Translations under genes and position numbers: made by a program
DNA from: a virus
Lineage: Duplodnaviria > Caudoviricetes
Strand: one strand, 5' to 3'
DNA: 64,000 bases
Virus record (IMG/VR): IMGVR_UViG_3300010965_000001
Location: 64,001 to 128,000 of that record
Part shown: positions 28,918-38,736 of the stretch, piece after piece
Layout of the letters: each line of letters opens with the position of its first letter
How positions within the stretch are numbered: position 1 is the first letter of the stretch
Notes under the pieces: generated by a model
What the model was told of the DNA's origin: nothing
The model's input: only the letters and a program-made list of their open reading frames with translations
The model's database searches: none

Positions 28918-31191
28918 TTATGCTCTTGCTACTTTTTGTGATGTGATTTCTTTTACTAATCTACCAAATTCTCTACCATCAATTATTAATGCAGTTTTCA
29001 TGTTACGAACATCAACTTGCAAATCTTGGATTGCCTTTATAACACCAGACATGTCTACATTGTTTGAACTGCCACCGTTTACTTTACCACCCAACGATGT
29101 TCCAGCAATTACGGAATCGTTCTTATCTAATTGGTATGTTCCCTTTGCGCCAGATACAACCAAACCACCGTCAGGAGCAATTTGAGCATCCTGCACTTTA
29201 TTATTAGCACTTAACATATAGTACGCGGCTCCACCAGCAGCAAGTGCGATACCTGCTGCGATACCAAGGGTCATTGCGGATGCACCAGTTACTGCTGCAA
29301 CGGCTGCGGAAATCTGTGCGGCTGCGGCAGCCCAAAGTAATCCGACTTGTGTAACCAAATGTCCAGAAGTAATAGCATTCCACAATGCAATTCCTTTTGA
29401 TGCGACAAATATTGCACCAAATCCAACCGCAATTGATGATACTATTTTTTCCCATACTGTAAATTGTTGTGTTCCACCTGTTAATACATCTACAAGTTTT
29501 ACAATGGGTCCAAGTATACCATTTACAACTACACCAGCAACTTGAATAATTTTACCAAGTATAGGACTAAGAATTTCTGCGATATTTGCAAACATATCAA
29601 CCAATGGTTCCAATGGAGTTAATAGATTGGTAACCATACTTACGAATTTTTCCTGTAATACATTTAACTTTTCTTGTGCTGCAACCTTTTTTGCTGCAGT
29701 GTATGCCGCCTTATCGTCCGTGACTCCCAACATGAATTTCTTCTGTTGCTCAGTATCCATGCCCTTTAATTTTTCTTCCATCTGAGCACGCGCTACACTA
29801 CCAAGTTTATTTAAATTTTCTTGAATCATCAAACTTCCAGCAAGTTCATCTCTATTCATTCCAACAGATTTTGCAATTGCTTCCTGTTGTATACGATTCA
29901 TCCGTGTAAAATCTCCAGCACTTCCAACCTGTGAGAGAATTTGTTTTGTTGCACCTGCTATATCATTTTGTAACGCCAATTCTCTTGCAAGTTCGAAGTT
30001 TAAATTCTTGCCCGTGAGAACGCTTGCTTCAAATTGTGCTACAAGTGATGATTCGATATTCAAAAGACCGTCTGCTATACCATTCATCTTGTCAAGTGAC
30101 ACACCAAGTTGTTTTGCGTATACAACCGCGTCTGCCAATGCTTTTGGATTCTTAGATAATGAAAGAAATGTTGCGGCACTCATTTTTGAAATGTCTGCCA
30201 TTATACCTTTGAGTGAGAACGTCACTCCAAGACGCATTTTGGATTCAATGTTCGATTTTGCCGCCATCTCTCCCATTGTCTTTTCACTCATACCGATGAA
30301 TTGCATCTGCGTTCCAAGTCGCGCCGCCTCTGCATTTGCCATTCCCAATTCTTTGGTTAAGGCAATTTGGTCTTTGACTAATTCAAGGGATTTGCCTTGG
30401 CTAAAATCAACTGATGCCCCAAATGCTTCTGAGAGTTGATTTGATGCTTCTATCATATTTTTAACTGTTTGGAATGTCGAGCCTATACCATTAGAAGTTC
30501 TTTCTATATCAACAAACGTGTTTCGTATTTCACGTGCTTCATTTCCAGATAACATTAAAGTTTTTTGCATCTCTGAAACTTGTTCGTTTTGCTCAAACAA
30601 TATTCCAGAGATTTTATCAAATGCACCCGTTAACAAAGATATAGTTTGTATCAATCCTCCAGCACCAATGGAATCCCTGACAAGTTTAACAGCACCAGTC
30701 ATTCCATTAATTTGTGTTATATTTTTTCCAAATAAAATACTCATTGAAGTAAGCGCATCCTGATGCTTATTGTACATAGCCAACTGTGCTTCTAATGTCA
30801 AGGTTAATTGTTTTTCTAAATCAACCATCTCACCAGTTACACCAAGACCAGACTCCATATTTTTAGTATTATCAAGTTGGACTTTGTATAATTTTTCCGC
30901 AGTTTTAAGTATGTTATTCTCAGATATATAATTTTCTTTTAATTCTTTTGTTTTATCTGAATATATCTTTTTTAATAGTCCTTGATTTTTTTGCATTTTT
31001 TCTTCCAATATCCGTGTCTTATCTTGGAATTGGTTAATCAGCATTACTTCATCTTTTATCGCATCATATAATTCTAATAGGCGCTGTAAGTCCTCTACCA
31101 TTTCTTTTGGCACATCCTTCATTTTTCCCATTGCGGTATTTAAGTCATCTATTTGTTTTTTGACTTCTTCAGGTGTTTGTGGTGCTGCCAT
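28918..31191 (-). CDS. tape measure protein
   Basis: Long A/G/L-rich helical protein; ESSL.AQFEAS.LTGK.LN.E.ARELAL core; follows the tail chaperone. Confidence 0.85.
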   Translation of the reverse strand: MAAPQTPEEVKKQIDDLNTAMGKMKDVPKEMVEDLQRLLELYDAIKDEVMLINQFQDKTRILEEKMQKNQGLLKKIYSDKTKELKENYISENNILKTAEKLYKVQLDNTKNMESGLGVTGEMVDLEKQLTLTLEAQLAMYNKHQDALTSMSILFGKNITQINGMTGAVKLVRDSIGAGGLIQTISLLTGAFDKISGILFEQNEQVSEMQKTLMLSGNEAREIRNTFVDIERTSNGIGSTFQTVKNMIEASNQLSEAFGASVDFSQGKSLELVKDQIALTKELGMANAEAARLGTQMQFIGMSEKTMGEMAAKSNIESKMRLGVTFSLKGIMADISKMSAATFLSLSKNPKALADAVVYAKQLGVSLDKMNGIADGLLNIESSLVAQFEASVLTGKNLNFELARELALQNDIAGATKQILSQVGSAGDFTRMNRIQQEAIAKSVGMNRDELAGSLMIQENLNKLGSVARAQMEEKLKGMDTEQQKKFMLGVTDDKAAYTAAKKVAAQEKLNVLQEKFVSMVTNLLTPLEPLVDMFANIAEILSPILGKIIQVAGVVVNGILGPIVKLVDVLTGGTQQFTVWEKIVSSIAVGFGAIFVASKGIALWNAITSGHLVTQVGLLWAAAAAQISAAVAAVTGASAMTLGIAAGIALAAGGAAYYMLSANNKVQDAQIAPDGGLVVSGAKGTYQLDKNDSVIAGTSLGGKVNGGSSNNVDMSGVIKAIQDLQVDVRNMKTALIIDGREFGRLVKEITSQKVARA

Positions 31192-31248
31192 ATTTATTCT
31201 CTATAATGAGTTGATGTTATATAGTATAAATATCAAAAAAACATAAAT

Positions 31249-31473
31249 TTATGTCTTTTTTTGAGAAAGGGGATGGACTAATTGCTTTTGCTGTGGTGGA
31301 GGGGCGTCACTATTCTTCTCTTTTTGAATGATTTCTTCCAATTGACGTAAATAAAAATTGCGAAGGTAAATGGGCATGGAATAGACTTCACTATGTGTGA
31401 ATCCTCCACGCCCATATAAACAGAGAGCAAATACGTCTTGATGTATTTGGGGTTTATTCTCTGCCCGAAGGCC
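31249..31473 (-). CDS. frameshift-accessed extension of the tail chaperone (gp51/gpT-like), absent from the ORF track
   Basis: 74-codon frame GLRAENKPQIHQDVFALCLYGRGGFTHSEVYSMPIYLRNFYLRQLEEII...KKT*. It starts right after a T7 run (31474-31480) and has an in-frame TAA four codons upstream with no start codon in between. Confidence 0.75.
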   Translation of the reverse strand, partial: GLRAENKPQIHQDVFALCLYGRGGFTHSEVYSMPIYLRNFYLRQLEEIIQKEKNSDAPPPQQKQLVHPLSQKKT

Positions 31474-32227
31474 AAAAAAAGTCGGTGGTTAAAGGTACTT
31501 GGATTGTACTTGATTTATTACATTCAGGACATTCAAGGTCATATGACATATCAACGTCAGGTGTTGAATGAAATAATGCTTTTCTAAGTGCTAATGAATC
31601 TTGTGCTAACATCTCTTCATTAACAAACTTATTTATTATATCTTGTTTGGTTTCGCCGTCGATTGATGTAATGATATTTCTAAAACGAATTGTCATCTCA
31701 CTATCTCTACCAGTCTGTGCAGAGATTTTCTTCATTGCTTTTGCTTCTGCATCGATGTTTCGTTCATCTGCGTGTGTTGCAAGTTTAAGAATAAGATTCT
31801 TCTTAGAAATAGGAAGTTGGAATGCAAACTGTTTGGAACCTTTTGTAAATATGGATAGGTCTACTTCTTTATTTTCAAACGAAGAAATATCCACCGTGTG
31901 TTGGCTGGATTCTCCGCATTTTGGACATACAATATTTACTTCATAATCTTTACCATATGCCAAAATTCTTGATGCTACTAAAATGGCGTTTTTATCACCG
32001 ATTAACAATTCACTGTAATTGATTGGAGTTACGATAAGACTCTGAAGTAACGTATCAATAACCACACCCTTTTGAATTAGATTTCTTGAAGTTAAGATGT
32101 CTTCTTCTCTTGCGGTCATATACTTAATTTCAATAGTACCGCTTGAAAGAGGATTTGTTGCTTCGTAAAAGTAACCCTGTGATGGTAATTCAATTGTTTC
32201 TGCGGGGAATTTGCTTTCTGTTGCCAT
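31454..32227 (-). CDS. tail/baseplate assembly chaperone (T4 gp26-like)
   Basis: FP.ETIELPSQG..Y, MTAREEDIL, GDKNAIL.ASRILAYG, two CPxC pairs, ends FFWPSGRE. Confidence 0.85.
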   Translation of the reverse strand: MATESKFPAETIELPSQGYFYEATNPLSSGTIEIKYMTAREEDILTSRNLIQKGVVIDTLLQSLIVTPINYSELLIGDKNAILVASRILAYGKDYEVNIVCPKCGESSQHTVDISSFENKEVDLSIFTKGSKQFAFQLPISKKNLILKLATHADERNIDAEAKAMKKISAQTGRDSEMTIRFRNIITSIDGETKQDIINKFVNEEMLAQDSLALRKALFHSTPDVDMSYDLECPECNKSSTIQVPLTTDFFWPSGRE

Positions 32228-32281
32228 GTGTAGCTCCTTTTGTATGTTAGTAACTGTATTTAATATAAATATCTACAAAAT

Positions 32282-32310
32282 AAAAAAAGGGAGCATTTCT
32301 GCTCCCTTTT
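32282..32310 (-). terminator. intrinsic terminator (potentially bidirectional)
   Basis: A6-GGGAGCA-TTTC-TGCTCCC-T5; GAAA loop on the minus strand. Confidence 0.85.
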
Positions 32311-32332
32311 CATTGTCGATTTTTAGTTAAAT

Positions 32333-33373
32333 TTACTTCTTTTTACCTTCTAAACGGTCAATCATACTTTTGAGTTTACCATGTTCACCTTTACTCTTCA
32401 TTTTTTTGGCAATTTCTCTTAACATGTTTGCTTCACTGATTGTCACTTTTTTCTTTTTTGAGCCAATTCCTGCAGGTACACTTTTCTGTGTCTTCTGCAT
32501 CGGAGATTTTGCATGCTGACCACCATCTTTTGGAGGACACATACACCCATCCCATTCACCACATCCAGGGCATCTGTTAATTTCGCCCGCCTCTGCAACT
32601 TGTCCATATTTCTGCATCAATGAGTCCATTGCTTCTTCAAGTGATAATCCTGTTTCCATCAATTGTGAGAATTCGGGTGTACCTTGAATCTTCTGTTCGA
32701 TTTCTGATATGCGACTGTTTTCATCCATATCATTAATACCCTGACGCATCCAATCGAGGTTTTCTCCGCCGCGTTCACCACGTTGGTTGAATGTGTCCTT
32801 ATACCCACGTTTAAAACCACGACCTGCCTTGATTGAACGTCTGCCACCAGATGCAACAAGTTCTCCTTCATCATTCCAAGTATTACCTTCTTCATCGGTC
32901 CACTCTTCAGATTCTGCGATTGTTGCTGTATTCGATGTGCCAGCCATTTTCTTCTTTGAAATTGTGTTCTTGATTTGTTTTTCCTTTGCTGATAAGTAGT
33001 CTACTTCTTTTCTCGCAACATCCTTATCAATGGAATCTTCGTTTATAGTCTCTTCATGCTCTTCTGCTTCTTCTTCAGGTGTTTCCTCTTCCTCATGCTC
33101 AATGGATTCGGGTTGACCTTCACCAAAAAATTCCTCAACATGGTTAAGAAGTTCTTTTGCGGCTAAGATATGCGACTTAACCCACGCTTCGACATCTTCA
33201 TCGTCAGCATGTTTTGATGCATTGAGAGCCTGTTGTGCGATAGTCTCAAGGTCAGTCTTCATTTCACTCTGACTACCATCAACTTCCACATTATCATCTG
33301 ACTCTCCGCCCATCATCTTGCCGAACTCTTCTTTTATGATACGTTCTAAGTCCATCTTTGTGATTTTTTGCAT
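32333..33373 (-). CDS. acidic hypothetical protein, candidate head-internal protein
   Basis: Very E/D-rich; repeated (I/L/V)-x-E motifs (IIKE, INE, IAE, LME, VAE, ISE); GGAG RBS. Confidence 0.6.
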   Translation of the reverse strand: MQKITKMDLERIIKEEFGKMMGGESDDNVEVDGSQSEMKTDLETIAQQALNASKHADDEDVEAWVKSHILAAKELLNHVEEFFGEGQPESIEHEEEETPEEEAEEHEETINEDSIDKDVARKEVDYLSAKEKQIKNTISKKKMAGTSNTATIAESEEWTDEEGNTWNDEGELVASGGRRSIKAGRGFKRGYKDTFNQRGERGGENLDWMRQGINDMDENSRISEIEQKIQGTPEFSQLMETGLSLEEAMDSLMQKYGQVAEAGEINRCPGCGEWDGCMCPPKDGGQHAKSPMQKTQKSVPAGIGSKKKKVTISEANMLREIAKKMKSKGEHGKLKSMIDRLEGKKK

Positions 33374-33413
33374 TTATATCTCCATGTTAAGAAATTTAAA
33401 AATATATACACAA

Positions 33414-33902
33414 TTAGAACTGCAAGATTGCGTAGTCAAAACGTAAGGTCATGTCGATTGTCATTGGGTCACCAACTGACCAATCAAGCGTTTGAAAGTT
33501 TGCTTCTTTAATGTATGCACCTTTCAATGTCCATTCTTCAACTTTATCACCCACGGGACCAATCATGTTAATTGTAACGTCTTTCTTATAGAAGTCACTA
33601 TAACCTTCACGTCCTGTAACTGACTCATGTGATAAACGAACCCATTCCATAACCGCCTGTGCTCCCGAAGGAACGATTGGGTCATACAGTGTGCATTTCA
33701 CATCATTCCACGTTACTCTACCTTTCAATTTGCGTTTAACGTTGATATGGTCTAATGTAATATCATCAGAAGTCCAAGTAGGTCTATCGACCGCTTTCAC
33801 CATGAATGAAGGGATTCCTTCGATATACATGATGAAACGATTTTTTACTTTTGGTTCAAACGGTGAAAACATAATTTCCGAGGGGTCAAGTATAGCGGCC
33901 AT
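33414..33902 (-). CDS. tail tube protein (gp19-like)
   Basis: FEPKVKNRF, YDPIVPSGAQAVMEW, YKKD.TI...GP.GDKVEEWTLKGA; downstream of the sheath gene. Confidence 0.92.
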   Translation of the reverse strand: MAAILDPSEIMFSPFEPKVKNRFIMYIEGIPSFMVKAVDRPTWTSDDITLDHINVKRKLKGRVTWNDVKCTLYDPIVPSGAQAVMEWVRLSHESVTGREGYSDFYKKDVTINMIGPVGDKVEEWTLKGAYIKEANFQTLDWSVGDPMTIDMTLRFDYAILQF

Positions 33903-33913
33903 TTTTAATCTCC

Positions 33914-34606
33914 TTAAATTGTTAATCTTATAAAAGTACAGTTCAATAAATTTTCAATCTCTTGCTGTCTTTTAAGGTCTTTTTCTTTATGTGACAGATG
34001 ACGTTTCTCATCAACTTCTATCACAACATTTTTTTCTCTGTCATATCCGTCAACCCAGTATCCCAATTTTTCTATATGATACTCTCCGCCATTTTCAGCA
34101 TGTTGAAAGTTATAACCATACTGCTTCCCACACTCTTCAATCAGAAGACATGCCTTTGGATTGTAATTCGGTGCCATACTATTCTGTCGCATCCATTCAC
34201 TTACCGCCAGTCGTTTCTTTCTTTTTGTTTCATCCGAATCTTTTTTACCTAATTTGATTTCTCTCATTTTAAGTTTAGATTCTTCTGTATGTGGTTTTCT
34301 AATCTGTTTAATTCTTGCTTCGCATAATTTCTTATGAGCTTCTTCGGAAATTTTACGGTCTACATTTATTTCACGCAATATCCGTTTTGTTTCCTCAGTA
34401 TGATGCTTACCTAACATACCTTGATGATTTTTTATATTATTTCTAACTTCATCAGTTTGATGTTTTCCGTAAAATGGATTATTTTCACCCAAGTTAGCAC
34501 ATACTTTGCATCTTGTGTTGTTCTGTGTGGCTCGAGCCAATACATATTTATCTCTATATACTTGCTCTACGCCACACTCTGGACAATTCTTTTTATATTC
34601 TATCAT
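33914..34606 (-). mobile_element. free-standing endonuclease: Zn finger + NUMOD3 repeats + Vsr/DUF559-like nuclease
   Basis: CPECG...CKVC; HTEETK/HTEESK repeats; YWVDGYDREKNVVIEVDEKRH. Start at 34606. Confidence 0.75.
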
Positions 34607-34641
34607 CTTATAACCTTTTATAAATATCATCCAACTAAAAA

Positions 34642-36975
34642 TTATGCAGGAAACGACGCCCCTGTCGGCAATACCACGAAGTCAAGAATAATGAATTCTG
34701 CGGTTCGTGTAGGTTGGAGATAAATCTGTCCAACCAATTGATTTCTGTCAATTACTTCTGCCGTATTATTCGTCTCGTCCATAACTACCTTGAAGGTTGT
34801 CAATCCACTCTTTGCTTGGATGTTCTCCAAGTATGGATTTACGATATTCAAGAAGCGTGCGCGTGTTGCCGCTGTATTCTGTTCGAATACTAAGTAACGT
34901 GCCGATGAAGCGATGAATTTCTTCACACGAATTAACAATCTGCGAACATTGATACGGTCAAGTGCGCTTGGTTTTGCCTGAAGTGTCTTCTGACCCCATG
35001 CGGCTACGCCTGTTCCAGGGAATGTAGCGATTGGGTTGATACGACCTCCATACAAATCATCACGTTCTGCGTGTGTTAAGCGTGTGTAGGTTTCGATAAC
35101 TTCCGTTAAACCACCTCTGTTAAGACCTGCAACTGCTGTCCACTCTGCACCAACTCTGTCGTTGAATGCGAACGCACCTGCCATAACAACTGATGGGGAA
35201 ACCCAAACAGGACGATTTAAGTTATCATCGTTAATCTTAACCCAAGGATAGTACGTACCTGAGTAGTTAGTATCCAACGATGCCACTGTTGCATTTGCTG
35301 ACAAGATTGAATCATCTATGTCAAATCCATCCATCACATAAAATACATCACCACGTTCCTCACAGATTGTCATCGCGTATGATGTTACTGCGCTATGCTG
35401 ACTGTGTTGAATTCCAGGAATAACCAGCATGTTAATGTCGATTTCGTCTGGGTTGGCGATTGTGTCAAGTGCTGCCTTGTATGTCTTTGTACCTGCAGTT
35501 CCTGCCGTGCTAATATCAAAACCAAACACGTTGGTTGATGTAATATCTTTTCCAGTTGCCTTGATGACGTGAGGTTTCATACCATCAAATCCACCTTGGA
35601 ATGGAACTGTGAATTTCAATTCTTTAATGCTTGTTGCAATCGTCACTACCGTTAACGCTGAACTCGTGCATGTTGACATTAAGAATGTGTTATTTGTCAT
35701 TGATACGAAGTCACTGTCAGTTACAGAATTAACCACGACAGGATTTACAAACTGCAAGTTACTGATTTTTGAGAAATCAAAACCGAAGTAAAGTCGTGTA
35801 TTCTGTGAACTATCACTTCCACTCAAATTCGATACGAAAGTTACAGGAGGAACGTTGTTGTTAAATGGTTTGTATAAGTTGTTAAAACCAAATGGATACT
35901 GTGTTGCGCTATATTGGTCATCTACGTCAAACATTTCAACATATACATAATTTGAAAGATTTGCATAATTTCCATTCGTAACAATCTTACCAGCATCAGT
36001 GAATAACAAATATCTATCACCAATTGCACGTGCGATATAATTTTTGCTATCTTTGTTTAAGTTAACACCTGTGAATGATTCAAGTACATTCAACTTCAAG
36101 TCTGTATCATCAAATGAACGAATTGCAACATCGAACGATGCGAAGTTTGTTCCCATTCCAGCATCACCAGCTGCGATGTCACTCTGTTTCACGTTCAATA
36201 TAGATGCTTTGAATTTTGCGTTTGCATCTGTACCATCTGAGAAGGTATGAAATCTGAAAAGTTTATTTCCACTTTGGTCTGTAATCCAAGGGGTCAATGC
36301 TTCTGTGAATCCGTACTTACCAAATGCAGAACCACTTACCGTATATGCGGAACCACTTGATACAGAGGCAGTGGTTGTGCTATAAATTGCACTTGTGTTT
36401 GTTTGGAAATTCAATGCGACATAAACGGGTTTCTTTCCGTTTGGTGAAGTTCCAAATACCTTCGTAATATAATCTGCCGCGGTTGGAGTCAATGAACATG
36501 AGAATGTTTGAGCTGGAACAGCTACACCAGACACCGTAAGTGCGAAACTTGTTCCACCAGTAAGTGTTCCGCTTGTTGACGTTGTTGAAAAGTCAAACGT
36601 TGACAGTGCTGAACACGATACCGTAGGTAACAACACTGCTGCCAATGTAGAAGTAACTGAACTACCACTGAGTGATAATGCAATTGGAGTAGTGAACGTG
36701 AACCCGCCGTTACCAAGTGTTCTCACAATCGTTGCCGAAGGTGCTCCACCACGTTCCAAATACGACTTCACCGTATAGGCGGTGTAATTGGTTGGGTCTT
36801 GAGTACCGAACTTACTTTCAAATTCAGAATACGAAGTCACTTGCGTAGGAACCATTGCAGGTCCAGTTACAGTTGGACCAACGACTGCTGCACCCAACTG
36901 TGCGATACCTGCAGGTAAAAATGATAAATCTTTTTCGCGGGTAAAAACCGCTGGACTTACAATGCGTTCTGCCAT
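34642..36975 (-). CDS. tail sheath protein (gp18-like)
   Basis: SPAVFTREKD, YYPWV, WTAVAGLNRG, WGQKTLQ..PSALDRINVRRLL, PTRTAEFI.LDF. Confidence 0.96.
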   Translation of the reverse strand: MAERIVSPAVFTREKDLSFLPAGIAQLGAAVVGPTVTGPAMVPTQVTSYSEFESKFGTQDPTNYTAYTVKSYLERGGAPSATIVRTLGNGGFTFTTPIALSLSGSSVTSTLAAVLLPTVSCSALSTFDFSTTSTSGTLTGGTSFALTVSGVAVPAQTFSCSLTPTAADYITKVFGTSPNGKKPVYVALNFQTNTSAIYSTTTASVSSGSAYTVSGSAFGKYGFTEALTPWITDQSGNKLFRFHTFSDGTDANAKFKASILNVKQSDIAAGDAGMGTNFASFDVAIRSFDDTDLKLNVLESFTGVNLNKDSKNYIARAIGDRYLLFTDAGKIVTNGNYANLSNYVYVEMFDVDDQYSATQYPFGFNNLYKPFNNNVPPVTFVSNLSGSDSSQNTRLYFGFDFSKISNLQFVNPVVVNSVTDSDFVSMTNNTFLMSTCTSSALTVVTIATSIKELKFTVPFQGGFDGMKPHVIKATGKDITSTNVFGFDISTAGTAGTKTYKAALDTIANPDEIDINMLVIPGIQHSQHSAVTSYAMTICEERGDVFYVMDGFDIDDSILSANATVASLDTNYSGTYYPWVKINDDNLNRPVWVSPSVVMAGAFAFNDRVGAEWTAVAGLNRGGLTEVIETYTRLTHAERDDLYGGRINPIATFPGTGVAAWGQKTLQAKPSALDRINVRRLLIRVKKFIASSARYLVFEQNTAATRARFLNIVNPYLENIQAKSGLTTFKVVMDETNNTAEVIDRNQLVGQIYLQPTRTAEFIILDFVVLPTGASFPA

Positions 36976-37054
36976 TTATTTTCTCCAATTAAGTTGTGTT
37001 ATTATATTTGCTGTTACCAATAAATATAATATTAAAGTTATAAAATACATCTTA

Positions 37055-37342
37055 TTACTCAGAAACTTGAACTTCTGGTGTGAATATTCCAGTAAAGGGG
37101 TTCAACTTTCCTTGACCATATTTGGTGGTCATTTCATCTGTAAATGCCTTTTCTTTTACTTGTAAATCCAAAATTTCATTCTTAACTTTCGCGTTAAGAT
37201 TCTGTAACTGCGACTGTCGTTGTTCGATTGCTAACTTCTCTAATTCCATCCGCCCAAGTTCCACAATTTTGTTTTGATAATCTTGTTGGATTTTTTGGAT
37301 TACTTCCATTTCTTCGGGTGAAAATTTGATTGGTTCTGACAT
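37055..37342 (-). CDS. small coiled-coil hypothetical protein
   Basis: Heptad pattern; ends KYG.G.LNP.TG.F; ATATTTATA element upstream. Confidence 0.7.
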   Translation of the reverse strand: MSEPIKFSPEEMEVIQKIQQDYQNKIVELGRMELEKLAIEQRQSQLQNLNAKVKNEILDLQVKEKAFTDEMTTKYGQGKLNPFTGIFTPEVQVSE

Positions 37343-37439
37343 AATGTGTTTCCTTTATCGTAAATGATTGTTTGTAGTATTTCGTATATAAATATACATT
37401 AAATTTGGAAAAATGATTAAAATATCGTATATTTTACGA

Positions 37440-38252
37440 TTAATCAATAATAGTCGTTCCAAAAATGACTTGTTTTGGACTGAACTGCTTCTCTACACTT
37501 CCAGCCGCAAGTGCAAGGGTTTTGTTTATAGTAGCGGGAACCAAATAACCACTTATTTCTAAGTTAAATGTAGTTTTTACGGTTCTCTGTGTATCTGCAA
37601 CTGAATCGATGCTTGTGTTATAACTTTGAATCTTGGTTCTAAACTTGAATCGTTCTTTATCACCCCAATAACTACCTTCACTGTAAAGGATAGCTTCAAC
37701 AATTTTGTTCATTTGGTCTACTGCTTCTGTCAATACTAAGAAGTCGTATGTCATAGTCACGTAGTCAGGAATTACAACATTGAAAAGTTCCTCTGTGGGT
37801 TTTGTATTCACACTTATTGAAAAATTATCATATCGATTATTCGCTGACCATTTTTTCTTAAATGAATAGAACTGCAGTGGATTGTTGGCATCCATTTTGT
37901 CAATCGCATAGTTATCATCTTTTGAAACTGTGTTACGTTTGAATGCAATGATTGGAAGGATGATTTTATCTTTTTCATCTTTAAAGAATCCATCTCTCTG
38001 AACACTTTTCCATCGTTCGGGATTGGCATAGATTACGGGAACGTCTACTGTCATACCATTTTCTTCTACTTTTGGTTTGATTACGTTCACTACATAATAA
38101 CGAACTGCTGCATCGATGTCACGTAAAGTAACTGTAAAGTCCTTTACTGTATCACTGGCACGACTCGTCATGGTTCCACGATTTAATGGAAGTTCTTCCT
38201 GTCCTGTAGAAATTTCTACTTGTGTTTTTGGAAGTTGTGGGTCTACGCTCAT
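37440..38252 (-). CDS. tail completion/terminator protein (gp15-like)
   Basis: VPVIYANPERW, LPIIAFKR, VIPDYVTMTY, QMNKIVE; neck-cluster position. Confidence 0.7.
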   Translation of the reverse strand: MSVDPQLPKTQVEISTGQEELPLNRGTMTSRASDTVKDFTVTLRDIDAAVRYYVVNVIKPKVEENGMTVDVPVIYANPERWKSVQRDGFFKDEKDKIILPIIAFKRNTVSKDDNYAIDKMDANNPLQFYSFKKKWSANNRYDNFSISVNTKPTEELFNVVIPDYVTMTYDFLVLTEAVDQMNKIVEAILYSEGSYWGDKERFKFRTKIQSYNTSIDSVADTQRTVKTTFNLEISGYLVPATINKTLALAAGSVEKQFSPKQVIFGTTIID

Positions 38253-38725
38253 TGTGCATCTCCTGCTCTAAATTCCTGAATCTGAATCTTGCTCTTACGT
38301 GTCATATGAGCATTACATACAATAGTATAATTCCAATTTTGGTCTTGCTGACCTGCCGCTAAAGTATTTTCATTATAGTTATGAATTTCATAATACTGCC
38401 CATTCCACAATACAATGTCTCCAATTTCAGGATATACATTCTGCGCGCGCAGGATTTCTCTTTGAAAATTCAGTACGATATTTTGATTAACATCGATACC
38501 CATTTCACCATATTCTGCAATTTCAGGGTCATGCGCAATTAATGCATACAGTGTGACTGGTGCGAAATAAATTTTATTAAGCATATCACCATATAAATCG
38601 TCATCACCCATTGAGGACACGGCAAGTTTATACAATTGGATGGGAGTTTCGATAATAGTTTCCACCAATGTATGTGCTATGGTATTAAATAAATCTAAAT
38701 CTCGTTGTCTTAAAAATAGTTGCAT
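38249..38725 (-). CDS. neck/head-completion protein (gp14-like)
   Basis: DLYGD..NK.YF.PV, YPEIGDIV.WNG.YYEI; position after the gp13-like gene. Confidence 0.7.
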   Translation of the reverse strand: MQLFLRQRDLDLFNTIAHTLVETIIETPIQLYKLAVSSMGDDDLYGDMLNKIYFAPVTLYALIAHDPEIAEYGEMGIDVNQNIVLNFQREILRAQNVYPEIGDIVLWNGQYYEIHNYNENTLAAGQQDQNWNYTIVCNAHMTRKSKIQIQEFRAGDAQ

Positions 38726-38736
38726 GTATTTCCTTC

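Noticed and set aside
31241-31254. Perfect 14-bp palindrome ACATAAATTTATGT before the tape measure promoter element
   Set aside because: AT-rich, single occurrence, overlaps the stop of the frameshift ORF; could be chance.
31278-31475. Track ORF in the -1 frame after the T7 run (MAFGQRINPK...)
   Set aside because: TTG start without an RBS and an implausible sequence; the +1 frame carries the conserved-looking chaperone motif. Kept only as an alternative to test.
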